This document shows, in pieces, positions 18,700-26,815 of a stretch of 28,700 nt of DNA; the first letter of the stretch is position 1, and the number at the start of each line of letters is the position of its first letter. The notes beneath the pieces are model-generated. The model searched no databases and was not told the origin of the DNA. It saw only the letters and a list, made by a program, of their open reading frames with translations. Source of the stretch: an uncultured Leptospirales bacterium (GTDB taxonomy: Bacteria; Spirochaetota; UBA4802; UBA5550); NCBI GenBank assembly GCA_964468455.1, contig CAYYKZ010000001.1, forward strand, positions 1 to 28,700, given 5' to 3'. The position numbers were made by a program, and so were the translations under genes.

Positions 18700-19062
18700 A
18701 TGAAAAAAATAATATTATTGTCAACAATTGCTGTTCTTATGACTTTTGCAGGCTGTGCTTCCAAACCTGAAGGGATGGTCTCTTCTGTGCCTTCTCTGAT
18801 TAAAGAAGGATTCAAAAGCGACACCGAATATGAAATCATATGTCGCGGATTCCCCAAAGAAGGGCTAACCAGTGTTCAAAAAGATGAATCTGCTAAAAGA
18901 GCGGCTCTTCTTAATGCATACTATTATACTAAAATGAAATTCGATGATACTGTAATTCCTGATAAAGATGGAAAAGCTGAACGGTTTGTTCTTAATGAGG
19001 ACCATGCTATAGTCTATTATACTATTTCCAAGCCGGGTCTTAAAAATCGGGTTAGAAAATAG
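18700..19062 (+). CDS. Lipoprotein, possibly LPP20/FlgP-like
   Basis: Lipobox FAG-C (Cys19), GGGAG RBS; AKRAALLNAY resembles the LPP20-type AxRAAxxDAY helix. Confidence 0.7.
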   Translation: MKKIILLSTIAVLMTFAGCASKPEGMVSSVPSLIKEGFKSDTEYEIICRGFPKEGLTSVQKDESAKRAALLNAYYYTKMKFDDTVIPDKDGKAERFVLNEDHAIVYYTISKPGLKNRVRK

Positions 19063-19066
19063 AAAT

Positions 19067-19208
19067 GTCTGCTTACCCCGCCGTTGATTGTTCAGAATTA
19101 TCGCAACTGGCAACAGCGGTGTATGAATTCGTTTGATCCTGTGCATAGATACTTAATATGATAATGATACAGGTCAGCAGGCCGGGATGTTATTAATAGC
19201 CGGCTTTT
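19067..19208 (+). ncRNA. Candidate structured RNA (three-way junction plus terminator-like hairpin) upstream of proA
   Basis: Hand-paired helices 19067-73/19176-82, 19074-86/19111-23, 19134-46/19164-76 and 19179-85/19200-06 followed by TT; no match to RNA families I know. Confidence 0.45.
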
Positions 19209-19269
19209 GATAAATTTTTCCGCAAAAATCCGGAAGATATAAATTTAATTTACATAAAGGAATGATATA

Positions 19270-20520
19270 ATGTCTGGCACTGAATATATTGATAATCTCT
19301 GTTTGCAGGCAAAGGAATCTGCCTCATCTGTTTCGCAGATGAATACAAATCAGAAAAACAGGATACTTTCTACTATAGCAGATGAACTCAGGGAGAAAGC
19401 TGAGTACATTATTGCAGAAAACAGTAAAGATCTTGAGGCTGCTGAAAAGACAGGGGTGTCAAAGGCTTTTTACGACAGGCTGCTTCTTGATAAAAAACGA
19501 ATATATGCCATGGCTCAGTCTGTGGATGAAATAGCAATGCTTGAGGATCCGGTCGGCAGGATCGAGGGGATGAAAACAAGGCCTTCAGGCATAAGAGTAG
19601 GACAGATGCGTGTCCCGCTTGGGGTTATTGCCGTAATTTATGAATCAAGGCCTAATGTCACAATTGATATTGCCGCACTCTGCATTAAATCAGGAAATGC
19701 TGTTATTTTAAGAGGTGGTGAAGAGTCAATTCACTCTAATCTGGTTCTTGCCGGTATTGTCCAGGATGTTCTTGAGAGAGAAGGGTATAACAGGAATATT
19801 GTTTCTTTAATGTCAAACCTGGACAGAGAACTGGTACCGCTGCTTCTTAAAAGGAATGATGCAATTGATATTGTTATACCAAGAGGCGGGGAAGGGCTGG
19901 TTAAGATGGTTACAGAGGAATCCAGAATCCCTCTGATAAAACATGAAAAAGGTGTATGCCACCTCTTTATAGATGAATCTGCAGATGAAACCATGGCAAA
20001 TGCCATTGCAATCAATGGCAAGGTGCAAAGACCGGGTGTGTGCAACGCCATTGAAACAATATTAATTCATAAAAATTATCCCCATGCAAAAAGCCTTATA
20101 AAGAGCCTTGCAGATAATCATGTGGAAATCAGGGGATGTGAAAAAACTGTATTAATTGATCCGCAACTGATAAAAAATGCGACATCAGATGACTGGGCAG
20201 CGGAGTATCTTGACTTAATTGTCTCTATAAAAACTGTTGAATCAATAAATGAAGCTATGGATCATATAGCCTGTTATAGCTCGGGACACACAGAGGCTAT
20301 AGTCACAAATAATTATACCGATTCTGAAAGATTTTTGAAGGAAGTGGATTCTTCTGCAGTGATGGTTAATGCATCTTCACGATTTCATGACGGCGGTGAA
20401 TTCGGACTTGGTGCTGAAGTAGGCATTTCCACCCAGAAGCTTCATGCCCGTGGAGTAATGGGTATAGAGGGGCTGACAACATTAAAATATATAGTTTATG
20501 GCCACGGTGAAGTAAGATAG
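19270..20520 (+). CDS. proA: Gamma-glutamyl phosphate reductase (glutamate-5-semialdehyde dehydrogenase)
   Basis: VPLGVIAVIYESRPNVT, IPRGG, GVCNAIET, FHDGGEFGLGAEVGISTQKLHARG. Confidence 0.97.
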   Translation: MSGTEYIDNLCLQAKESASSVSQMNTNQKNRILSTIADELREKAEYIIAENSKDLEAAEKTGVSKAFYDRLLLDKKRIYAMAQSVDEIAMLEDPVGRIEGMKTRPSGIRVGQMRVPLGVIAVIYESRPNVTIDIAALCIKSGNAVILRGGEESIHSNLVLAGIVQDVLEREGYNRNIVSLMSNLDRELVPLLLKRNDAIDIVIPRGGEGLVKMVTEESRIPLIKHEKGVCHLFIDESADETMANAIAINGKVQRPGVCNAIETILIHKNYPHAKSLIKSLADNHVEIRGCEKTVLIDPQLIKNATSDDWAAEYLDLIVSIKTVESINEAMDHIACYSSGHTEAIVTNNYTDSERFLKEVDSSAVMVNASSRFHDGGEFGLGAEVGISTQKLHARGVMGIEGLTTLKYIVYGHGEVR

Positions 20521-21108
20521 ATGAAAAAAACCGGTATTTTCGGGGGAACATTTAATCCTGTGCATACAGGGCATCTCATTAACATTGAATTTGTAAGAGA
20601 TTACCTTAAACTTGACAGGGTTCTTCTTGTGCCTGCCAGGGATCCGGTTCATAAAAAAATATTTGATAAAGTAACACCACATGAGCGGCTTGAGATGGTC
20701 AGGCTTGCAATCAGCGGAAATGACTTTTTTGAAGCATCATCTATCGAAATAGATCGTGATGATGCATCGTATACTCTATATACATTGAATCAGCTTAAGA
20801 TGATATATCCTGATGATGAATTTTATCTCATAATAGGTTCTGATTCATTTAATGAACTTGACACATGGAAGTCCTTCACTGAAATACTTAAAAGTACACA
20901 TATAGTTGTAATACACAGGCCGGGAGATCTTGAATTAAGAAGAGATCTTATCGAAATTGCATCTAATGTTACGGCTGTTGAGAATCCGGAGATAAATATC
21001 AGTTCTACTGAAATAAGAGAACGTGTTAAACTGGGGAAAAGTATCAAGTATCTGGTACCTGATCAGGTAATGGATTATATAAATTTCAAGGGGTTATACA
21101 GGAATTGA
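20521..21108 (+). CDS. nadD: Nicotinate-nucleotide adenylyltransferase
   Basis: GIFGGTFNPVHTGH (HxGH), SYTLYTL, FYLIIGSDS, ISSTEIR; abuts the proA stop. Confidence 0.96.
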   Translation: MKKTGIFGGTFNPVHTGHLINIEFVRDYLKLDRVLLVPARDPVHKKIFDKVTPHERLEMVRLAISGNDFFEASSIEIDRDDASYTLYTLNQLKMIYPDDEFYLIIGSDSFNELDTWKSFTEILKSTHIVVIHRPGDLELRRDLIEIASNVTAVENPEINISSTEIRERVKLGKSIKYLVPDQVMDYINFKGLYRN

Positions 21109-22208
21109 ATAAAAAAATTTCAGCTTTGCTTATAGCAACTGCGGTAATATCAGTAACATTTTTTGGAATAAATCAGTATAGAAAAAGCACCAGAAATATC
21201 GTTGATCTTATAGCATCAAAAAAAGATCTTGTAAATGTGCTTGTTGCCGGAAGAAACGCATACAAGGACGATACTTTTGTTTTTTTTGCAGTATTATCTG
21301 TAAATCCGGCAAATGGGAACTGCGGAATAACCATGATCCCTCCAGATTATGGGATTTTTATGAATGATGACGGTTCAAAAATTAAAAAAATATCTGAGGT
21401 GGATTTCTATTACTACAGCAGAATAAGATATTCTATTAAAAAAGACCTGGGACTGGATGTACCATTTTATATTAATATTTATTCGCCTGATGTTATCAGA
21501 ACAGTTGATTTAATTGGCGGAGTAAATATTTTTTCTATAGATCAGGCTTCATGCGTAAGCAATATAGATTTCGGACTGAATTATCTGGATGGGAATAAAA
21601 CTGTTCAGTATATTAATTGCACCAGAGATAATTCCATATTTATTAAATATGACAGAATTCTTGATGTAATACTCAGCCTTTATCATGATAAAAAATTACG
21701 GGATATTTATAAAAATTTAGAATTTATCAGTGAAGTATTCAAAAGTATTAAAACAAATATGCTGCCCAGAGAAATCTTTTCAATTGCCGAATTTATCAGG
21801 GAGGAGGGGCAGTTTTATTCAGCCCTTTTACCAGGCGGGTATGTTAATGACTTGTATATTGTTGATGAAATAAGCCTTAAGGCATATCAGCAGGATTTTC
21901 TTATGCCAATAGCAGTGAAGGATTCCGGCGAATATGAAATTAAAATTAAAATTTTAAACGGAACATCTGTTCCCGGCATTGCAAGAACAATGAGAAATTC
22001 CCTGATTAAGGATGGATTTAATGTTGTAGAATTCGGTACATCTACATATCCTCCCATGAAGGAATCTGTTCTTATATGCAGAAAATCAGATTTTTTTGCA
22101 GCAGGCAGTGTTTCAAAAAATACAGGAATAAATAATATTTATTTTGTTAATGATAATACTCAGCTTAATAATCTGCTCATTATTATCGGTGAGGATCTTG
22201 CCCGATGA
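21105..22208 (+). CDS. LCP-like protein with C-terminal LytR_C domain (degenerate catalytic motifs)
   Basis: N-terminal TM; LCP scaffold (VNVLVAG, IPPD, VDLIGGV, YLDGNK); KILNGTSVPGIARTM LytR_C motif; TTGA overlap with nadD. Confidence 0.82.
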   Translation: MNKKISALLIATAVISVTFFGINQYRKSTRNIVDLIASKKDLVNVLVAGRNAYKDDTFVFFAVLSVNPANGNCGITMIPPDYGIFMNDDGSKIKKISEVDFYYYSRIRYSIKKDLGLDVPFYINIYSPDVIRTVDLIGGVNIFSIDQASCVSNIDFGLNYLDGNKTVQYINCTRDNSIFIKYDRILDVILSLYHDKKLRDIYKNLEFISEVFKSIKTNMLPREIFSIAEFIREEGQFYSALLPGGYVNDLYIVDEISLKAYQQDFLMPIAVKDSGEYEIKIKILNGTSVPGIARTMRNSLIKDGFNVVEFGTSTYPPMKESVLICRKSDFFAAGSVSKNTGINNIYFVNDNTQLNNLLIIIGEDLAR

Positions 22209-22570
22209 AAATTAAATCACTGAAAAGTACAGATGAAATTTATGAAGTCGGGAGAGAATGTCTTGAGTTTCTTGACATGAAAAAAGGTATAGACCCGGTT
22301 TTTATGGATTTGAGAAAAGTAAATACTTATCTTGACTTTTTTGTAATTGTTACCGGAAATTCACAGATTCACTGTAAATCCCTTGCCAGAGAAGCAGTAA
22401 AATTTTTGAGTTCCAGGGGTTTTAAAGAAACAGGCAAACCTGATTATTCTTCTGAATGGATTATTCTCGATATGGGTGAACTGATTATCCATATTTTTTC
22501 AGAGGAGGCAAGATTATATTACAATCTTGAAAGGCTATGGGCTGATGCTGAAATAATTAATCTTAAGTAA
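22205..22570 (+). CDS. rsfS: Ribosome silencing factor RsfS (Iojap)
   Basis: KKGID....DL, DFFVIVTGNS, WIILDMGELIIHIF, R.YYNLERLW; ATGA overlap. Confidence 0.95.
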   Translation: MKIKSLKSTDEIYEVGRECLEFLDMKKGIDPVFMDLRKVNTYLDFFVIVTGNSQIHCKSLAREAVKFLSSRGFKETGKPDYSSEWIILDMGELIIHIFSEEARLYYNLERLWADAEIINLK

Positions 22571-22582
22571 GAAGGGGAGAAA

Positions 22583-22978
22583 ATGAACCAGGGAAATGAT
22601 AATATAAATATTCAGACACTTGTGAAGGAAAAGAGCAATGATGGGAAAATTTCCTGTGCAGAATTGTTCAATCTTGTAAAGGAATATGCCATATTCCCGG
22701 ACCTTCTTGGCCAATGTGTCACTCATGAAGATATTAAAATTACATATTGTCAGCTTGGGCTTTTTGGTTTTGAAAACAAAAAGAAAATTGTAGAACCCGC
22801 TGAAAATGTAGTAGAGGAATTGGAAAATAAAATTTATTCCAGTCTTGAAGATGGAGTTCTTCCGTGCGCGGCTTCATGGGTAATAGCAGAAGAGTTAAAG
22901 ATAAAAAAAATAGATGTTGCATCAGCATGTGAAAAACTTAAAATAAAAATAAAGAAATGCCAGCTTGGAGCTTTTTAA
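22583..22978 (+). CDS. Hypothetical protein made of two ~55-aa Cys-containing repeats
   Basis: DGKISCA...IKITYCQLGLF and DGVLPCA...IKIKKCQLGAF; GAAGGGGAG RBS. Confidence 0.8.
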   Translation: MNQGNDNINIQTLVKEKSNDGKISCAELFNLVKEYAIFPDLLGQCVTHEDIKITYCQLGLFGFENKKKIVEPAENVVEELENKIYSSLEDGVLPCAASWVIAEELKIKKIDVASACEKLKIKIKKCQLGAF

Positions 22979-22989
22979 ATAAAGATTCT

Positions 22990-23019
22990 ATCCGGCAAAC
23001 ATCTGATTGCCGGATTTTT
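22990..23019 (+). terminator. Intrinsic terminator of the proA operon
   Basis: ATCCGGCAA / 8-nt loop / TTGCCGGAT perfect 9-bp stem followed by TTTT, between convergent genes. Confidence 0.8.
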
Positions 23020-23046
23020 AATAATTTAATTATAAAATGAATGATA

Positions 23047-24831
23047 TCAGAATTTATAAACCCCGTTTTGAATTTCCTCAAATATCTTCTTTGTAAGCTT
23101 TATATATTTTTCTTTTTCCGGACTAAGAAAATATAGCGGATCTTTAATCTTTGAAGGATCAAAACCATCTTCCTGCAATCCTGTTTTCATCTGTTTAAAG
23201 CTGGAAGTTGCATCCTTTTCCTTTCTAATTCTCACAAAATGAGGGCGGGCGTATTGGGGAAGATTTTCTATAACATATGATGAAAAGTCTGCCCAGTTTA
23301 ATTTATGGTTCTGAAGCAGTGTTAAAGCAGCCATACCTGCCCTGCCTTCCATTCCTTTAACTTCCACACCGTAAACATTGCTGTCTTCAATTGAACCGAA
23401 TCTGTTAAGTATATCTGCGACTTCGTTAGTGGCAACAACTTCTCCTTTCCATTTAAAAGTGTCACCAAGCCTGTCTACAAATGAAACATATTCACCCGAA
23501 TGAAGTTTCATTAAGTCACCGCTTATAAAATAGCAGTCACCCTTTTTAAAAACATCTTCAATGATTTTCTTTTTTGTTGCATCTTTATTGCTTTTGTAAC
23601 CCGGAAAGGGATTGATTTTATTAATTGCAGCAAGAAACATACCTGTTTCACCCGGCTTGCATTTCTGAACAAATCCATTACTGTTTTTTATAAGTAAATC
23701 ATTGAAAAGGTCGTATTTTGCAATTTCTCCCATACGTACACCTGCTGCAGTAAGTTTCCCTACCATACCCGGCACACCCTTAAGGTTTGTTAAAGCTCCA
23801 ACACCTTCTGTTGCACCATAAACCTCAATGATTTTTTTAATATCAAATCTTTCTTTGAACTCAAGCCAGTAGTCAGCTCTCATGCCATTACCAAGTATAT
23901 ATTTTAATGGGTTATCAGCATCATCATCTTTTACCGGCTGATTATTAAGATATCTGCACAATTCGCCAATGTAAATAAATATTGAAGCTTTATATTTTCT
24001 TATATCATCCCAGAATTCTGTGACAGAAAATTTTCTTCTTAATGCAAATGTCCCTCCATGCATCAATGTAGTAGACCAGGCTATATTTATTCCGCTATTG
24101 TGATAAAGAGGGAGACAGCAATATTGTACATCAGAAGATATTGATCTAAGACTGACGCCACCAGCTCCGAATCCAAGCTGGAGCCATTTCTGGTGTTTAA
24201 GTTCCGTTGCCTTTGGTTTACCCGTTGTTCCGGATGTGTAAATATATTCCAGGGTATCCTTTGAATTAATTGGAGGCCTCACAGAAGGGTTGGTAATGGG
24301 TTCGGATAATATCTGCATCTTCAGGTCTTCAAAAAAATCAGGTATTTTTATATCCCGCTTTTCTCTGTCAACGTAGAAACTCCCCGGTTTTTTTAGTTTA
24401 ATATCATTTCTAATTTTTTTTATTTCCTGTATATACTCATCTCCGATCACAAGGGCTCTGGCTTCTGCTATATTGATTGCATAAAGAAGTATTTGTCCTT
24501 TAATGTTGTTATTCACAAGAGCAGGTACTACTCCAATCTTAGAAAGTGCTGCATGTATTATTAAAAACTCAGGTCTGTTATCCATAAGCAGGGCAATAGT
24601 ATCACCCTTAATAAAACCTTTTTTCTGAAAAAAATGGGCATACCTGTTAACATTCTCATTAAATTCATTGTATGTAATAACTCTGTTTTCAAATATAATT
24701 AGAGGTTTCTCCTTATACTTTAAAGCCTGTTTTTCCAGTATCGATCCAAGAGACATATTTTTTTTATTTTTTAAAGTTTTAAATCCTATTATCCCTTCAA
24801 TGAAGGAATAAATTCTTTTAAAATATTCCAT
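23047..24831 (-). CDS. Long-chain fatty acyl-CoA synthetase, FATP/SLC27-like
   Basis: YIYTSGTTGKPKA, CLPLYH, YIGELCRYL, YGATEG, FISGDL, DRLGDTFKWKGEVVATNEV; GGGAGG RBS. Confidence 0.93.
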   Translation of the reverse strand: MEYFKRIYSFIEGIIGFKTLKNKKNMSLGSILEKQALKYKEKPLIIFENRVITYNEFNENVNRYAHFFQKKGFIKGDTIALLMDNRPEFLIIHAALSKIGVVPALVNNNIKGQILLYAINIAEARALVIGDEYIQEIKKIRNDIKLKKPGSFYVDREKRDIKIPDFFEDLKMQILSEPITNPSVRPPINSKDTLEYIYTSGTTGKPKATELKHQKWLQLGFGAGGVSLRSISSDVQYCCLPLYHNSGINIAWSTTLMHGGTFALRRKFSVTEFWDDIRKYKASIFIYIGELCRYLNNQPVKDDDADNPLKYILGNGMRADYWLEFKERFDIKKIIEVYGATEGVGALTNLKGVPGMVGKLTAAGVRMGEIAKYDLFNDLLIKNSNGFVQKCKPGETGMFLAAINKINPFPGYKSNKDATKKKIIEDVFKKGDCYFISGDLMKLHSGEYVSFVDRLGDTFKWKGEVVATNEVADILNRFGSIEDSNVYGVEVKGMEGRAGMAALTLLQNHKLNWADFSSYVIENLPQYARPHFVRIRKEKDATSSFKQMKTGLQEDGFDPSKIKDPLYFLSPEKEKYIKLTKKIFEEIQNGVYKF

Positions 24832-25032
24832 ATAGCCTCCCGATTTTTTTCAATAATTGCATTAAAAAAATAGAAAAGTCCACCATTAATTTTAAATTTA
24901 TACTTTTTATATAAAAAATATGAAGTCTTTAATTTTAAGTGATGGTATAAAAAAATTTAAACCAGGTGTAACTTTTTATTATATATATTTTACATATATA
25001 TTGATATTATTGATTACCTCCTTTTTTAACTG

Positions 25033-25074
25033 TAAATAACCCCGTGTAATCCCTGTGATTAACGGGGTTATTTA
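25033..25074. other. Strong isolated hairpin (terminator-like) in a divergent intergenic region
   Basis: TAAATAACCCCGT (25033-45) pairs perfectly with ACGGGGTTATTTA (25062-74); inner TAATC/GATTA after one bulged G; 5-nt loop. Confidence 0.7.
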
Positions 25075-25096
25075 TTGCCAAATTATTAAAATAATT

Positions 25097-25125
25097 TTGA
25101 CAAAAAAAATACTATTATGTAAACT
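25097..25125 (+). promoter_or_regulatory. Sigma70-type promoter of the cold-shock gene
   Basis: TTGACA-N17-TAAACT with AT-rich upstream element; predicts a 5' UTR of about 80 nt. Confidence 0.7.
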
Positions 25126-25211
25126 TTGATATTCAGCAGGCTTATGAATTGTTACTATATTTTAATAACAGTTTTATTTTAAGCTGAAATTTTTTTTAAG
25201 GAGTATTTTTT

Positions 25212-25412
25212 ATGCCAAGTGGTGTTGTGAAATGGTTCAATGAAAAGAAAGGCTTTGGTTTTATATCAAAGGAAGATGGTGGCGATATTTTTGTTCATTA
25301 TACAGGTATTGCCGGTGATGGGTTCAAAAGCCTTCGTGAAGGTGCAGCAGTGGAATTTGAAATAGAGGATTCCGATAAAGGACAGCGAGCCGTAAACGTG
25401 ACTGCTATATAA
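25212..25412 (+). CDS. Cold-shock protein (CspA family)
   Basis: [15 protein letters not shown] (RNP1), DIFVHYTGI (RNP2), KG.RA.NV; AAGGAG RBS. Confidence 0.97.
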   Translation: MPSGVVKWFNEKKGFGFISKEDGGDIFVHYTGIAGDGFKSLREGAAVEFEIEDSDKGQRAVNVTAI

Positions 25413-25427
25413 TTTACATATTTCTGT

Positions 25428-25456
25428 AATCAAGGGGGGATTATCCCCCTTGATTT
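25428..25456. terminator. Probable bidirectional intrinsic terminator (csp / MBL hydrolase)
   Basis: AATCAAGGGGG / GATTAT loop / CCCCCTTGATT 11-bp stem between convergent stops. Confidence 0.8.
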
Positions 25457-25472
25457 AATATGATGTCACACT

Positions 25473-26321
25473 TCAATCAAAACAGTAAAAAACGTGCTGT
25501 CTTGCAAGTCCCGCAAAACCATAATCAGCAGTTTTAGATTCAAATTCCTCCCAGTTATCTCCATAATGAGTGAGAAAGATTTTCTTTTTAATTTCATCAG
25601 GAAGGGTATTTAATTCATCAAGAGATGCATGTACACCTCCAGTATAGAACTGACAGTCATGAAAAATTGCTTCAAAATTAAATCTGTTTTCATAATAATC
25701 AATAAGGTCATAATCAAAACGGGTGTCACTTGTAAAAAATATTCTGTCATCAATTATCAGGCCGCAGCTCCAGAATGAGCTCTGCCAGTCGGAAGAGGAA
25801 TCGGGGATATGTTTAGTTCTCATGATCTTCAGGTTTATATCCCCTATTCTTGCGCCAAAGGTTTCTCTTGCATAATCAGGAAGCCACTGGGGCCTGGTTA
25901 CATCCCAGAAATCCTTAAATGAAAGTCTGTCTCCTGCCTCCTCTTCGTTTGACTCACAACCCCCTCTCAATGACATATCCCATAGAATATGCTGATATGT
26001 TTCATTTATTACCATTACCGGCTTTTGTTTTGTGACATATCTACCCATAAGAGAAACTTCTTCCAGCCCTCCAATATGGTCTGCATGAGAATGTGTTATT
26101 AAAAAATTTTTAATATTTACAACAGGAATGCCAAGTTCAGAAAGAGCCTGCGGACATTTGGTACCGCAATCTACAAGAAGATGGTCTTCCCCTTTTATAA
26201 TAAGCAGATTTGTCTGATATTGTCTTTTGGTAAAAGCACTTCCGGTGCCTACAAAAAAAAGTTCCAGCTGTCCGTCATTGGTAAGTTTTAATTTTTTTTC
26301 GTTAAGAGTTTTTATTTTCAT
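25473..26321 (-). CDS. MBL-fold metallo-hydrolase (RNase Z / cyclic-nucleotide PDE-like)
   Basis: FVGTGSAF, LLVDCG, THSHADHIGG (HxHxDH), FTSDT, FHDC, LTHY. Start at ATG 26321 (AAGGGG RBS) is preferred over 26360. Confidence 0.9.
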   Translation of the reverse strand: MKIKTLNEKKLKLTNDGQLELFFVGTGSAFTKRQYQTNLLIIKGEDHLLVDCGTKCPQALSELGIPVVNIKNFLITHSHADHIGGLEEVSLMGRYVTKQKPVMVINETYQHILWDMSLRGGCESNEEEAGDRLSFKDFWDVTRPQWLPDYARETFGARIGDINLKIMRTKHIPDSSSDWQSSFWSCGLIIDDRIFFTSDTRFDYDLIDYYENRFNFEAIFHDCQFYTGGVHASLDELNTLPDEIKKKIFLTHYGDNWEEFESKTADYGFAGLARQHVFYCFD

Positions 26322-26729
26322 AGAAGGCCCCTTTAATCTTTGGTTATACTTTCTTAGCATATTATAGTGTTATTGTAAAGAATAATTCTTTAGTATGGTG
26401 TAATAACGGTTATGATGTAATAATGTGCAGATAAAACGGATGATTAAATTATAAGCAGGCAGGATATGCAGATGATTATTAATACTTTTTCAGTTGGAGA
26501 TATTATTTCTCACAACCCGTAAAGTACCTGTAAAATATCTCTTTACATTTATTGACTTAAGTTGTTCTCTGCCGGAGGATATGAACATCAGCAATGAGGC
26601 AATAATGAAATGGTGTAAAAAATCCTGATTTTATATTTCTCTTTATATTCTCAGTCCTTCAATAAATTTTAGAATCTTTAGATGATTGCACAAAAAAAAT
26701 CTTGTCAATTTTATTTTATTATGTTGTTT

Positions 26730-26746
26730 ATCATGGATTCCATGAT
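26730..26746. promoter_or_regulatory. Palindromic candidate operator
   Basis: ATCATGGA-T-TCCATGAT perfect 8-1-8 inverted repeat in the divergent MBL/HAD-like intergenic region. Confidence 0.45.
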
Positions 26747-26815
26747 CTTACAGTATTATAAAATATTGTCTTATTAAAAATAATTTTATTTCTATTCAAA
26801 GAAGCTAATTGATGA

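Noticed and set aside
19170-19237. SRP (4.5S) RNA-like words CAGGTCAG, GCCGGGATGT and TCCGGAAG
   Set aside because: They are not in SRP order, and the conserved GNRA-capped helix 8 between the first two is missing.
19063-19269. Proline T-box or 6S RNA upstream of proA
   Set aside because: No T-box consensus (GGTGGNACC) or specifier stem; the fold is branched with a short closing helix, not a 6S-like rod.
26466-26628. Mini-ORFs MQMIINTFSVGDIISHNP and MNISNEAIMKWCKKS
   Set aside because: 18 and 15 aa, with the SD-like motif only about 2 nt from ATG and no hydrophobic or leader-peptide signature.
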